The notes under the pieces are model-generated. The model saw nothing but the letters and a program-made list of their open reading frames with translations, ran no database searches and was not told where the DNA came from. From an uncultured delta proteobacterium (GTDB taxonomy: Bacteria; Myxococcota; Myxococcia; Myxococcales; Anaeromyxobacteraceae): a DNA stretch of 64,000 nucleotides. The position numbers were made by a program, and so were the translations under genes. The stretch spans positions 416,001-480,000 of the forward strand of contig CAWFDF010000004.1 in NCBI GenBank assembly GCA_963814585.1. The letters run 5' to 3'. This document shows, piece by piece, positions 32,642-43,895 of this stretch (position 1 is the stretch's first letter; each line of letters begins with the position of its first letter).

Positions 32642-34723
32642 TCAGGCGGCGGGCGGCGCCGGCGCGGCGCGGCGGCTCAGCACGTAGACGCCGAGCGACA
32701 GGAGCGCGAAGGCGAGCAGGCCGGACCAGTTGGACCACGCCTCCAGCCCGGGGCCGATCCCGGGCAGCCGGGTCAGGTCCGGCACCAGCACCGCGCCGGT
32801 CCGGTCCTCGACGAACTTGAGGAGCGCGGCGAACACGCCCACCAGCGCCCCGCCGGCGATGAAACCGGAGGCGATGAGCGTCCCCTGGTCGTACCGGGCC
32901 CTGGCCACCTCGTCCTGCTTCGAGGAGCGGCGCAGCAGCCAGGCCACCGCCGCCCCCACCACCAGCGGCGAGTTGAGGTCCATGGGCAGGTACATGCCGA
33001 GCGCGAAGGCCAGCCCCGAGACGCCGCACAGCTCGACGGCCACCGCGAAGACCGCCCCCACGGCGTAGAGGAACCAGGGCGCCCCGTCGCTCCCCATCAC
33101 GCCGCGCAGCACCGCCGCCATGGCGTTGGGCTGCGGCGCCGGCAGCGCCGCCGGGTGGGCCGCGTCGGGCGTGAAGCCGTAGACCTGGGCCATCAGCATG
33201 ATCACCGCGGTGGTGGCCGCCGAGGCCACCACCGAGCCGAGGACGTTGGCCACCTCGATGGTGCGCGGCGTGGCGCCCAGCCAGTGGCCGATCTTGTACT
33301 GCGTCACCAGCGAGCCGCTCATGGAGAGCGCCGTGCAGACCACCCCGCCGATGAGGAGCGTCTGCAGCATGCCGCTCGGGCCCGAGAGCCCGAGCGCCGA
33401 GAGCGCCACGGCGGTGATGATCAGCGTGGTGAGCGTCATCCCGGAGATGGGGGTGATGGAGATGAGGGCGATGGCCCAGGCCGAGACCGCGGCGAAGAGG
33501 AAGGCGACGCCGAGCGTCAGGGCCGTGGCCACCAGCGCCAGCACCGTGGCCCGCGGCTCGCCGGCCAGCACCGAGAGGCGGAAGTAGGCGAACACCGCCA
33601 GCCCGATCCCGGCGATGCCGAGCAGGTCGAGCCACATGGGCAGGGCCCGGTCGGTCCGCTCGGTGGCCTGGGTCTCGCCGCCGCGCGCCAGCCGGGCCAC
33701 CTCGGCCACCGCCTGCCGGCCGGCCTGGACGATCACCGGCGACATCCGGAGGATGGAGATGACCCCGGCCGCGAAGATGCCGCCGATGCCGATGGGCCGG
33801 ACCCAGGTGGCGAAGATGGCCGAGGCCGACATGCCGGCCAGCGGCCCCGCCGCCGGCGGCAGCGCCCCGGCCAGGTGCGGCCCGAACCAGGCGAAGAGCG
33901 GCACCAGGGCGAAGAAGGAGACCATCGAGCCGGCCAGGATGATGGCCGCGTAGTCGACCCCCATGATGTAGCCGAGGCCGAAGATGGCGGCCGAGGTGTT
34001 CATGGAGAAGACGGCGCGGGTCTTCTCGGTGAAGCCGGCCAGCGGGCCGATGGCCGCGGTGGTGAAGGTGTCGGAGAAGGCCTTCAGGCTCGGCCCGGCG
34101 AAGTCGTAGGCCGCGGCCGTGGCCGCCGACCAGGCCAGCACCACGGCGCTGCGGCCGCCGCGGGCGCCGGCCACCAGGATCTCGGTGGTGGCGCGGGCCT
34201 CGGGGAAGGGCAGCCGGCCGTGCAGGTCACGCGTGAAGTAGCGGCGGAACGGGACCAGCAGCAGCACGCCCAGCACGGCGCCCAGCAGCGGGACGAGGAA
34301 GATCTGCCAGAAGCCGGAGCGCCCCTCCAGGCCGAGGATGTAGATCGCCGGCATGGTGAAGACCGAGCCTCCGGCGACGATGCCGGAGGTGGCGCCGATG
34401 GCCAGCACGTTGACGTTCTCGAGCAGCGTGGAGGCGCGGCCGAGCGCGCGCGCCAGCACCGTCGAGAGCCCGACGGTGAGGATGGCGATGGGGATGGCCG
34501 ACTCGATCCCCTGCCCGAGCTTGAGCGCGATGTAGGTGGCGGCGGCCGAGAAGACCGCCGACCAGACCACCCCCTGCACCACGGTTCGCGCCGTGACCTC
34601 GGGCGGCGCCTCCCCGGCCGGGACCAGCGGCTGGTACGTCTCCCCGGGCTGCAGCGGGCGGAAGGCGTTCCCGGGGAGGCAGGGCGGCCGGCCGGCCTCC
34701 CCGGCCTCGCTCGGCGTCGTCAT
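32642..34723 (-). CDS. OPT family oligopeptide transporter (copy 2)
   Basis: LKLGQGIESAIP, LLENV, LPFPEA, ISITPISGM, PAPQ, ALGMYLP. Confidence 0.9.
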   Translation of the reverse strand: MTTPSEAGEAGRPPCLPGNAFRPLQPGETYQPLVPAGEAPPEVTARTVVQGVVWSAVFSAAATYIALKLGQGIESAIPIAILTVGLSTVLARALGRASTLLENVNVLAIGATSGIVAGGSVFTMPAIYILGLEGRSGFWQIFLVPLLGAVLGVLLLVPFRRYFTRDLHGRLPFPEARATTEILVAGARGGRSAVVLAWSAATAAAYDFAGPSLKAFSDTFTTAAIGPLAGFTEKTRAVFSMNTSAAIFGLGYIMGVDYAAIILAGSMVSFFALVPLFAWFGPHLAGALPPAAGPLAGMSASAIFATWVRPIGIGGIFAAGVISILRMSPVIVQAGRQAVAEVARLARGGETQATERTDRALPMWLDLLGIAGIGLAVFAYFRLSVLAGEPRATVLALVATALTLGVAFLFAAVSAWAIALISITPISGMTLTTLIITAVALSALGLSGPSGMLQTLLIGGVVCTALSMSGSLVTQYKIGHWLGATPRTIEVANVLGSVVASAATTAVIMLMAQVYGFTPDAAHPAALPAPQPNAMAAVLRGVMGSDGAPWFLYAVGAVFAVAVELCGVSGLAFALGMYLPMDLNSPLVVGAAVAWLLRRSSKQDEVARARYDQGTLIASGFIAGGALVGVFAALLKFVEDRTGAVLVPDLTRLPGIGPGLEAWSNWSGLLAFALLSLGVYVLSRRAAPAPPAA

Positions 34724-34736
34724 GACCTGGCGCCCC

Positions 34737-36740
34737 TCACGGCGTGGTCGCCTTCTCGCGCTTCACCGACGCGAGCCAGAGGTAGGCGCAGAGCCCGGCG
34801 AAGGCCAGCAGGCTCACCGTCTGCGAGATGGACTCGGTGTCGTAGAAGGGCAGCTTCACCCAGGCCTCGGAGTAGCCGGGGATCATCCGCAGCGCCGCGC
34901 CGAAGACGCCGCCCAGCGCGCCGCCGGCCAGCAGGCCCGAGGCCACCACCACGCCCCGCTCGCGCATGGTCCGCCCCGCCTCGCCGCCGACCCGCTCCGA
35001 GCGCCGGGTGAGGAAGTGGGCGATGTACCCGCCCACCAGCGCCGGCGAGTTGAGCTCGAGCGGCAGGTACATGCCGAGGGCGAAGGTGAGCGCCGGGATG
35101 GAGAGCATCTCCATGACCACGGCGATGACGGCGCCGATGGCGAAGAGCAGGTAGGCCACCGGCTGGTGGCTCATGAACCCCTCCACCAGCACCTTCATCA
35201 GGGAGGCCTGCGGGGACGCCAGCACGGTGCGGGTGTCGCCGGGGGCCGCCTCGCCGAACTGGAAGTGGCGGGCCAGCAGCACGATGGTGAGCCCGGCCAC
35301 CACCGAGGCCACCACCACGCCGAGGAACTTGACCCGCTCCTGCTCCCGCGGCGTCGAGCCCAGCCAGTAGCCGACCTTCAGGTCGGTGACGGTCTGGCCG
35401 GAGACCGAGAGCGCGGTGCAGACCATCCCGGCGATGGCCATCACGAAGAACATGCCGGTCCGGCCGGAGAGGCCGAACTCCAGCAGCACCACCGAGGAGA
35501 CGATCACCGTCAGCATGGTCATGCCCGAGACCGGGTTTCGGGCGGTGGTGGCGATGGCGTTGGCGGCCACCGAGGTGAAGAAGAAGGAGAAGAGCAGCAC
35601 CAGCAGCAGCCCCACCAGCAGCACCGTGGCGCCGACGCCGAGGTTGCCGAGGAAGACGGCCACCGCCAGCGCCGAGACCACCACCCCGGCGAGGATGGTC
35701 ATCACGCTGACGTCGCGGTCGGTCCGCTCCAGGGCCTGCTCGCCGCCGGCCCGGAAGGCCTTGACGGCGATGGAGAAGGAGCCGACCACGATCCTGAGCG
35801 ACTTGAGGATCCCGAAGATGCCGGCGGTGGCGATGGCGCCGACGCCGATGAGCCGGACGTAGCCGCGGAAGATCTGGTTGGCGTCCATGGCCGAGATGGC
35901 GGTGGTGCCCGGGTAGACCGCCCCGGGGAAGTGGCTGCCGAGGAACCAGATGAGCGGCACCAGCACCAGGTTGGAGAGGACGCCGCCGGCGCAGAGCAGC
36001 AGCGACGAGCGCAGGCCCATGACGTAGCCGAGGCCGAGGATGAAGCCGAGCGCGTCGAAGGAGAGCGTCATCCTGGCCTTCTGGGCCAGCCCCTCGACCG
36101 CCGGGATGAAGCGCAGGTCGATGGTCTCCTTCCAGACCTGGAAGGTGGTGACGAAGAAGTCGTAGACCGCGGCGATGCCGGTGGCCTGCAGCAGCAGCGC
36201 CGCCTGGGATCCCCCCTTCTCGCCCGTCACCAGCACCTCGGTGATGGCGGTGGCCTCCGGGTAGGGGAACTGGCCGTGGGTCTCGCGCACGAAGTAGCGG
36301 CGCAGCGGCAGCAGGAAGAGCACGCCCAGCATGCCGCCGGCGATGCAGATGAAGATGGTCTGCCAGGGGTGGGGGTCGAGCTTGAGGATGTAGAGGGCCG
36401 GGAGCGTGAAGACCGCGCCCGCCACCACCGAGCCGGAGACGCCGCCGATGCCGGTGATGATGACGTTCTCGAGCAGCGTGGAGCGGCGGGCGTAGACCCG
36501 TCCCAGCCCGATGGCCAGGATCGAGATGGGGATGGCCGCCTCCATCACCTGCCCGACCTTGAGGCCGGAGTAGGCCGAGGCGGCGGTGAAGACGACGCAG
36601 AGGAAGACGCCCCAGGTCACCGAGCGCCACGTCGACTCCGGGACGCTGGCGCCGGCCGGCACGATGGGCTGGTAGGCCTGGCCGGGGGGCAGCGGCTGGT
36701 AGGCGTTCTCGGGGAGGGATCTGCTCTCGGTGGCTTCCAT
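34737..36740 (-). CDS. OPT family oligopeptide transporter (copy 1)
   Basis: LKVGQVMEAAIP, LLENV, PYPEA, NPVSGM, DLKVGYWLGSTP, SPQA, ALGMYLP. Confidence 0.9.
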   Translation of the reverse strand: MEATESRSLPENAYQPLPPGQAYQPIVPAGASVPESTWRSVTWGVFLCVVFTAASAYSGLKVGQVMEAAIPISILAIGLGRVYARRSTLLENVIITGIGGVSGSVVAGAVFTLPALYILKLDPHPWQTIFICIAGGMLGVLFLLPLRRYFVRETHGQFPYPEATAITEVLVTGEKGGSQAALLLQATGIAAVYDFFVTTFQVWKETIDLRFIPAVEGLAQKARMTLSFDALGFILGLGYVMGLRSSLLLCAGGVLSNLVLVPLIWFLGSHFPGAVYPGTTAISAMDANQIFRGYVRLIGVGAIATAGIFGILKSLRIVVGSFSIAVKAFRAGGEQALERTDRDVSVMTILAGVVVSALAVAVFLGNLGVGATVLLVGLLLVLLFSFFFTSVAANAIATTARNPVSGMTMLTVIVSSVVLLEFGLSGRTGMFFVMAIAGMVCTALSVSGQTVTDLKVGYWLGSTPREQERVKFLGVVVASVVAGLTIVLLARHFQFGEAAPGDTRTVLASPQASLMKVLVEGFMSHQPVAYLLFAIGAVIAVVMEMLSIPALTFALGMYLPLELNSPALVGGYIAHFLTRRSERVGGEAGRTMRERGVVVASGLLAGGALGGVFGAALRMIPGYSEAWVKLPFYDTESISQTVSLLAFAGLCAYLWLASVKREKATTP

Positions 36741-36901
36741 CCGGTCTTCGGCTCCTCGGGCCCCGGGCCCCGTTGGCGGCGCAGTCTAGAGCACATCCGG
36801 GGGCCCCGCAGCAGGGTTCACTGCGTGCGTCCCGTGCTCGAGGGAGGTGGCGCCGACGGATCGAGGTGATTCCTGGGCCGACATGACTTAGAGGTGTGGC
36901 C

Positions 36902-38252
36902 ATGCCCGACGAGACCCTGCTGACCCGCACCACCGCCACCGCCATCCTCGGCATCGACACCCTGTTCGGCGGGGACGTCATGGACCCGTCCGGCACCGGC
37001 CGCTTCATCGCCGACAGCTGGTTCTCCGACCAGCCGCTGCCGGCCGCCCACACCCACCCTTCCGCGGCGGCGCTCCGCAAGGTGGGCGGCGTGGCGGCCA
37101 AGGCCCCGGACCTGGCCGCGGTCGACGCCTACCTCACGGCGGTCGACGTGGCCGCTGCGGTGAAGGAGCTCTCCAGGCTGGCCGGCGCCGCCGGCGGCCT
37201 GCGCGGCGCCTACCTCACCGGCATGGCGGACAGCCTCCAGGCGATGTGGGAGCTGGCCCAGGAGCTGCTCGGCCGCGGGCCGAAGGTCGACTACGACCGC
37301 TGCGTGGTCACCTCGACCGGCCGGGCTCCCGAGCCCTCGCGCCCCGAGGAGAAGCGGCGGCGCGTCGCCGAGCTGCTGGGCCAGGCCGGCTACCGGGCCG
37401 GCACGGCCGAGGAGCTGCTGGCCGCGGTCGACGCCTGGCGCTCCGAGCGGCTGGTCCCGAGGAAGTCGATCGCCCAGCTGGCCGACGCCTTCATCGCCCA
37501 GCTCGACGAGGGGACGCGCCGCCACCTGCTGCCCCACCTGCCGCCGGCGCTGCGCGACGTGCCGCGCGCCAACATCACCTTCCTCCCCATCACCGACGCC
37601 TGGTTCTCCGGCTCGATGAACTACGTCGGGCGGGCCCGCAACGCCGACGGCTCCCCGCAGTACGAGGCCACCTACGAGATCAACGCCTCGCTGGAGATCT
37701 CGGTGCCCGAGTTCGCGCAGCTGGTCAGTCACGAGGTGGTCCCCGGCCACGTCACCAACTTCGCCTGGACCCAGGGGCTCTACGTGGCCGGGGAGATCGG
37801 GCTTCGAGGCCACCGTGCTCACCATGAACACGCGCGGCGCGGCCCTCTCCGAGGGGATCGCCAACAACGCCATCCTCATGGCCCACGGCGTCACCGAGGT
37901 CGGCCAGCTCCCCGGCGCCGACCTGCAGCTCGGCACGCTGCTGGCGCTGCTGCAGGACGACGCCAAGAACCAGTCGTCGTGGCTCACCTGGCGCGAGGGG
38001 CGTCCCCAGGCCGAGGTGGCGGCCACGCTCCGGCGCGACTTCCTCTGCTCGGCCGAGCGTGCCGACAAGCTCTCAGGCGCCTGGGGGCGCCACCCGCTGC
38101 TGGGGCGGATGTACCTCCCCGCCTACCGGGCCGGCACCGAGAAGGTGGCCGAGCTGCGCCGCCGGCACCCGCCCGGGAAGGTGATCCCGGCGCTCTACAA
38201 CTGCTGCGGCCTCGTCGACCTGGTCACCATCGATCGGGTGCTGGGCTCGTGA
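36902..38252 (+). CDS. DUF885-like putative zinc metalloprotein (+1 frameshift at 37799-37801)
   Basis: SHEVVPGH before and SEGIA after the shift, echoing DUF885 HExxPGH...EGWA; one G removed gives 449 aa; SD GAGGTG. Confidence 0.6.
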
Positions 38253-38653
38253 CCCGACCCGGTCGCATCCTCCACACCATGCTCCGCGTCGGCGACCTCG
38301 AGCGGTCGATCCGCTTCTACACCGAGGTGCTGGGCATGACGCTGCTGCGCCGCCAGGACTACCCCGACGGCAAGTTCACGCTGGCCTTCGTCGGCTACGG
38401 GCCGGAGGACCGGCACGCGGCCATCGAGCTGACCTTCAACTGGGGCACCTCCGGGTACGACCTCGGCACCGGCTTCGGCCACGTGGCGCTGGAGGTGCCC
38501 GACGCGGCGGCCGCCTGCGCCGAGATCAAGCGCCGCGGCGGCGTGGTGACCCGCGAGGCCGGGCCCATGAAGCACGGCACCACCGTCATCGCCTTCGTGC
38601 AGGACCCCGACGGCTACAAGATCGAGCTGATCCAGCGGCGCGTGGGGCCTTAG
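38249..38653 (+). CDS. gloA: Lactoylglutathione lyase (glyoxalase I)
   Basis: [43 protein letters not shown] overlap. Confidence 0.93.
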   Translation: MTRPGRILHTMLRVGDLERSIRFYTEVLGMTLLRRQDYPDGKFTLAFVGYGPEDRHAAIELTFNWGTSGYDLGTGFGHVALEVPDAAAACAEIKRRGGVVTREAGPMKHGTTVIAFVQDPDGYKIELIQRRVGP

Positions 38654-38659
38654 GCGACC

Positions 38660-39343
38660 GTGGCGCTGGACCGCGACGAGCCGGGCTGGGAGGCGGCGCT
38701 GGCCGGGCAGCTGGCCGCCGGCCGGCTCCCCAGTGACGCCCGCTTCGACCGGCTCTTCGGCGAGCGGCTGATCCCGCTGGCCGCGCTCCACTTCACGCCG
38801 GTGGCGGTGGCGGCGAGTGCCGCCGCCTGGCTGACGGAGGATGGCGCCACCGAGGTGGCCGATCTCGGCGCCGGGGCCGGGAAGTTCTGCCTGGTCGGCG
38901 CGGCGCTGACCGGCGCCGTCTTCACCGGCCTGGAGCTGCGCCCCGGGCTGGTCGAGGTGGCCCGCGCCGCGGCCCGGCGGCTGGGCCTGGCCACCGCGCG
39001 CTTCGTCCAGGCCGACGTGCTCACGGCTCCGCTCCGACGCTACCAGGCCTTCTACGTCTGCAACCCGTTCGCCGAGGGCGAGGCCGAGCCGGACGAGTGG
39101 CTCGACGCGGCGCTCCCCGCGGCCGACAAGACGACCGCCGCGGCCGCGCTGGCGGCGCGCCTCGCCACGCTCCGGCCCGGCACCCGCGTGGCCGTCCACT
39201 GCGGCCTGGGCTCACCCATGCCGGCCGGCTTCGAGCGGGTCCGGAGCGCGCCCATCGGTCGCCGGGGCGCCCTGCTCGAGTGCTGGGTGCAGGGGGCCGC
39301 CACGCCTCCGGGATCCGGCTCGCCAGGCGCGAGCGCCGGTTGA
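38660..39343 (+). CDS. SAM-dependent methyltransferase
   Basis: HFTP, DLGAGAGKF, NPF. Confidence 0.8.
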   Translation: MALDRDEPGWEAALAGQLAAGRLPSDARFDRLFGERLIPLAALHFTPVAVAASAAAWLTEDGATEVADLGAGAGKFCLVGAALTGAVFTGLELRPGLVEVARAAARRLGLATARFVQADVLTAPLRRYQAFYVCNPFAEGEAEPDEWLDAALPAADKTTAAAALAARLATLRPGTRVAVHCGLGSPMPAGFERVRSAPIGRRGALLECWVQGAATPPGSGSPGASAG

Positions 39344-39465
39344 CCCGGGAGAGGTGGCGCGGCACCCGCGGGCCGGCCAGCCTGGCCAGGAGCGGGTCGC
39401 CCCGGACGCCGAGGCCGGGCCACGGGGCCCGGACCACCTGGCGCGCCTGACCGCGATCGCAGCAG

Positions 39466-39490
39466 CGCCTGCCCGATCATCGGGCAGGCG
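39466..39490. promoter_or_regulatory. Perfect palindromic enhancer, NtrC-like site
   Basis: CGCCTGCCCGAT-C-ATCGGGCAGGCG; core TGCCC-N7-GGGCA, compare NtrC TGCAC-N7-GTGCA. Confidence 0.65.
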
Positions 39491-39558
39491 GCCCACGCGC
39501 TCCTCCTCGGGGGCCGGCAAGTCACCGATCCAGCGAGCGGAAGCCGGGCGCCGGTTCC

Positions 39559-39574
39559 TGGCCTGCGCGTTGCA
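39559..39574 (+). promoter_or_regulatory. Sigma54 promoter of amtB
   Basis: TGGCCTGCGCGTTGCA = GG-N10-GC. Confidence 0.7.
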
Positions 39575-39669
39575 GTGCCGACCCTCCGGACGTCCGGCGC
39601 GGCTCGGCGGGTTCGAGGATGACCCCCTCTCCGAGTCGCCCGGCACAATTCGACCTCGGCGGGAGAGCC

Positions 39670-41106
39670 ATGGCCAACGCGACCAAGCGGGTGCACACAG
39701 CGAACCACCACCACGACCGGAGCGGCTCCAGGCGCCCCTGGTCGCCCATCCACCTCGTGGCGCTCGGCGCCCTCCTGGCGCCGACCATGGCGCTGGCCGC
39801 GGACGCTCCCAAGATCGACGCGGGCGACACCGCCCTCGTGCTCCTGAGCGCCGGGCTGGTGATGCTGATGACGCCGGGGCTGGCCTTCTTCTACGGCGGC
39901 CTGGTCCGCTCCAAGAACGTCGTCCACACCATGAACCTGTCGATCGTCTGCATGGCCATCGTCGGCGTGCTCTGGTCCACGGTCGGCTACAGCCTGGCCT
40001 TCTCGCCGGGGGGCGGCCTCGACAGGTTCATCGGAGGGTTCTCCTGGCTCGGGCTGGCCGGGGTCGGCGACGCTCCCGAGGCCTCCCTGTCCGCCACCAT
40101 CCCGCACTCCACCTTCATGCTCTTCCAGGCCATGTTCGCGGTGATCACGCCCGCGCTCATCTCCGGCGCCATCGTCGAGCGGATCCGGGTCAAGGCCTTC
40201 ATCCTCTTCGTGGCGCTCTGGAGCCTGGTCGTCTACGCGCCGGTGGCGCACTGGGTGTGGGCGCCGGGCGGCTGGCTGCGCGGCATGGGCGTGCTCGACT
40301 TCGCCGGCGGGACCGTGGTGCACATCAACGCCGCGGCGGCCGCGCTGGTCGGGGCCCTGCTGCTGGGGAAGCGGTCGGGCCTGAAGACCCCCAGCACGCT
40401 CCCGCACAACGTCCCCTTCGCCATCCTCGGCATGGGGCTCCTGTGGTTCGGCTGGCTCGGCTTCAACGGCGGCAGCGCGCTGGCCGCCAACGGGCTCGCC
40501 AGCACCGGCTTCGTGAACACCTTCCTGGCTCCCGCGGCGGCGGCCGGCGCCTGGGGCATCGCCGAGCTGGTCCTCCACGGCAAGGTCTCCGGCGTGGGCC
40601 TGGCCTCCGGCGCGGTGGCCGGCATGGTGGCCATCACCCCGGCCGCCGGCTTCGTCACGCCCATGTCCAGCCTGCTCATCGGCGGCCTGGCCGCGCTGGC
40701 GTCGTTCGGCGCCATCCGCGTTCGCCCCCGGCTGGGGCTCGACGACTCCCTCGACGTGTTCGCCGTCCACGGCGTCGCCGCCACGCTGGGCGCGCTGCTC
40801 ACCGGCGTCCTCGCCTCCACCGCCGTCAACTCGGCGGGCGCCGACGGGAGCCTCGCGCTGCTCGGCAAGCAGGCGGTCGGCGTGGGCGTGACCATGCTCT
40901 TCTCCGGCCTGGTCTCCTTCGCCCTCTACAAGCTCGTCGGGGCCATCACCCCGCTGCGCGCCGATGAGCAGGACGAGTGGACCGGCCTCGACCAGGTCGA
41001 GGCGGGGGAACGGGCCTACGTCACCGGCGACGACGCGCGTGCCGCCGGCGCCGGCACCCCGTCGGGGACGGGGGCGGCTCCCGCCCTGAGCCTCTCGATG
41101 AAGTAG
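39670..41106 (+). CDS. amtB: Ammonium transporter
   Basis: MTPGLAFFYGGLVR, FQAMFA, DFAGGTVVH, WFGWLGFNGGS, DDSLDVFAVHG. Confidence 0.96.
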   Translation: MANATKRVHTANHHHDRSGSRRPWSPIHLVALGALLAPTMALAADAPKIDAGDTALVLLSAGLVMLMTPGLAFFYGGLVRSKNVVHTMNLSIVCMAIVGVLWSTVGYSLAFSPGGGLDRFIGGFSWLGLAGVGDAPEASLSATIPHSTFMLFQAMFAVITPALISGAIVERIRVKAFILFVALWSLVVYAPVAHWVWAPGGWLRGMGVLDFAGGTVVHINAAAAALVGALLLGKRSGLKTPSTLPHNVPFAILGMGLLWFGWLGFNGGSALAANGLASTGFVNTFLAPAAAAGAWGIAELVLHGKVSGVGLASGAVAGMVAITPAAGFVTPMSSLLIGGLAALASFGAIRVRPRLGLDDSLDVFAVHGVAATLGALLTGVLASTAVNSAGADGSLALLGKQAVGVGVTMLFSGLVSFALYKLVGAITPLRADEQDEWTGLDQVEAGERAYVTGDDARAAGAGTPSGTGAAPALSLSMK

Positions 41107-41204
41107 CCGGGCCGCCGGGACCGCTCACCCCTCCTCTCCCGGGGGGCGGACGGTCCCGGCCTCCTCCCCCGACCCGTCCCCGGCCAACGCTGCGAGGTGA
41201 GGCC

Positions 41205-41544
41205 ATGACGAAGATCGAGGCCATCACCAGGCCATCGGGCCTGGAGGACCTGCTCGAGGCGCTCGACCACGAGTGGATCAAGGGGATCACGGTCTCCGAG
41301 GTGCAGGGGTACGGCCGCCAGAAGGGGCACACCGAGCTCCACCGGGGCGCCGAGTACGTCGTGGACATGAACCCGAAGATCAAGAATCGAGCTGGTGGTC
41401 CCGTCGCCCCTGGTCCCTCGAGTCCTCCACCTCCTCGAGCGATGCCTGAGGACCGGCAGGATCGGCGACGGGAAGGTCTTCGTGGCGGCGGTGGAGCTGG
41501 CCGTCCGGGTCCGCACCGGGGAGCGCGGCGAGGCCGCGCTGTAG
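41205..41544 (+). CDS. glnK: P-II nitrogen regulatory protein (+1 frameshift at 41385-41386)
   Basis: KIEAITRP, GYGRQKGHTELHRGAEY, then TGRIGDGKVFV...RVRTGERG; corrected length 112 aa; glnK label based on amtB linkage. Confidence 0.85.
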
Positions 41545-41562
41545 GCTCGGGCCGGGTCTCGC

Positions 41563-41682
41563 ATGAGGCTCGCCTTCGCCACCCGAGCCCGCGAGCGCGT
41601 GGACGAGCAGCTCCGGCGCACCCCCTGCCTGGGGTTGTACGAGGTGACCGGGCCTTGCCGACCTCGCCGGTTGGCTGTGTAG
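41563..41682 (+). pseudogene. Truncated NifX/NifB-C-like (FeMo-co binding family) fragment, 39 aa
   Basis: MRLAFATRARERVDEQLRRTPCLGLYEVT resembles the NifX-type N-terminus (MKVAFAT..VD.HFG.A....YEV); codon bias decays after EVT. Confidence 0.45.
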
Positions 41683-41724
41683 ACTGCCTGCGCCGGTCCC
41701 CGCCGCCCCTCCTGGAGCCCCACG

Positions 41725-43257
<1,533 letters not shown>

Positions 43258-43263
43258 TGCCGG

Positions 43264-43426
43264 GCCCCAGGCAAGATGACGTGACGAGAGAGCCGAGACC
43301 GAAGCGAGGCTGGCGCCCGAGGAGGGAGCAGCAGAAGCGTAGCAGAGCTACGCTGAGCAGCGGACCGACGAGGCCGCCTGCCGCAGCGAGAGGATCGGCT
43401 CTCGCAGTAGGCATCTTGCCTGGGGC
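43264..43426. repeat. 163-bp nested inverted-repeat element (MITE-like or structured RNA)
   Basis: Perfect 15-bp terminal IR GCCCCAGGCAAGATG/CATCTTGCCTGGGGC; inner GAGAGCCGA/TCGGCTCTC; central GCGTAGC-AGA-GCTACGC. Confidence 0.7.
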
Positions 43427-43495
43427 GCGGCCTCGACGGGCCCGGGCCGGCGCGGCGGAGACACGCCAGACCGGCCTGGTGTATTCCTCCCCCCC

Positions 43496-43861
43496 ATGTC
43501 CACCAAGCCCTCACGTACCCTCGAGACCTTCCCCAACCCGAAGCCGGGTCGCCCCTACCAGATCGCCATGGAGTGCCCGGAGTTCACCTGCGTCTGCCCC
43601 AAGACCGGCCAGCCCGACTTCGGCACCATCCGGCTCCGCTACGTCCCCAACCGGACCTGCGTCGAGCTGAAGAGCCTCAAGCTCTACCTCTGGTCCTTCC
43701 GCGACGAGGGCACCTTCCACGAGGCGGTCACCAACCGCATCTGCGACGACCTGGTGAAGGCCATCGCCCCGCGCTGGATCGAGGTGGTGGGGGACTTCGC
43801 CGTCCGCGGCGGCATCCACACCGTGGTCACCGCCCGCCAGGGCAGGCGGCCCGTCGAGTAG
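43496..43861 (+). CDS. queF: NADPH-dependent preQ0 reductase (unimodular)
   Basis: [31 protein letters not shown]. Confidence 0.95.
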   Translation: MSTKPSRTLETFPNPKPGRPYQIAMECPEFTCVCPKTGQPDFGTIRLRYVPNRTCVELKSLKLYLWSFRDEGTFHEAVTNRICDDLVKAIAPRWIEVVGDFAVRGGIHTVVTARQGRRPVE

Positions 43862-43895
43862 GGCCCGGCCAGGGACAGGTCTAGGATCCACGCCC

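Noticed and set aside
36896..38653. Novel fusion of an unknown domain to glyoxalase I
   Set aside because: Artefact of the +1 indel at 37800; gloA has its own GTG overlapping the corrected stop.
43264..43495. preQ1 riboswitch upstream of queF
   Set aside because: No short AU-rich preQ1-I hairpin with an A-rich tail; the element has terminal inverted repeats instead.
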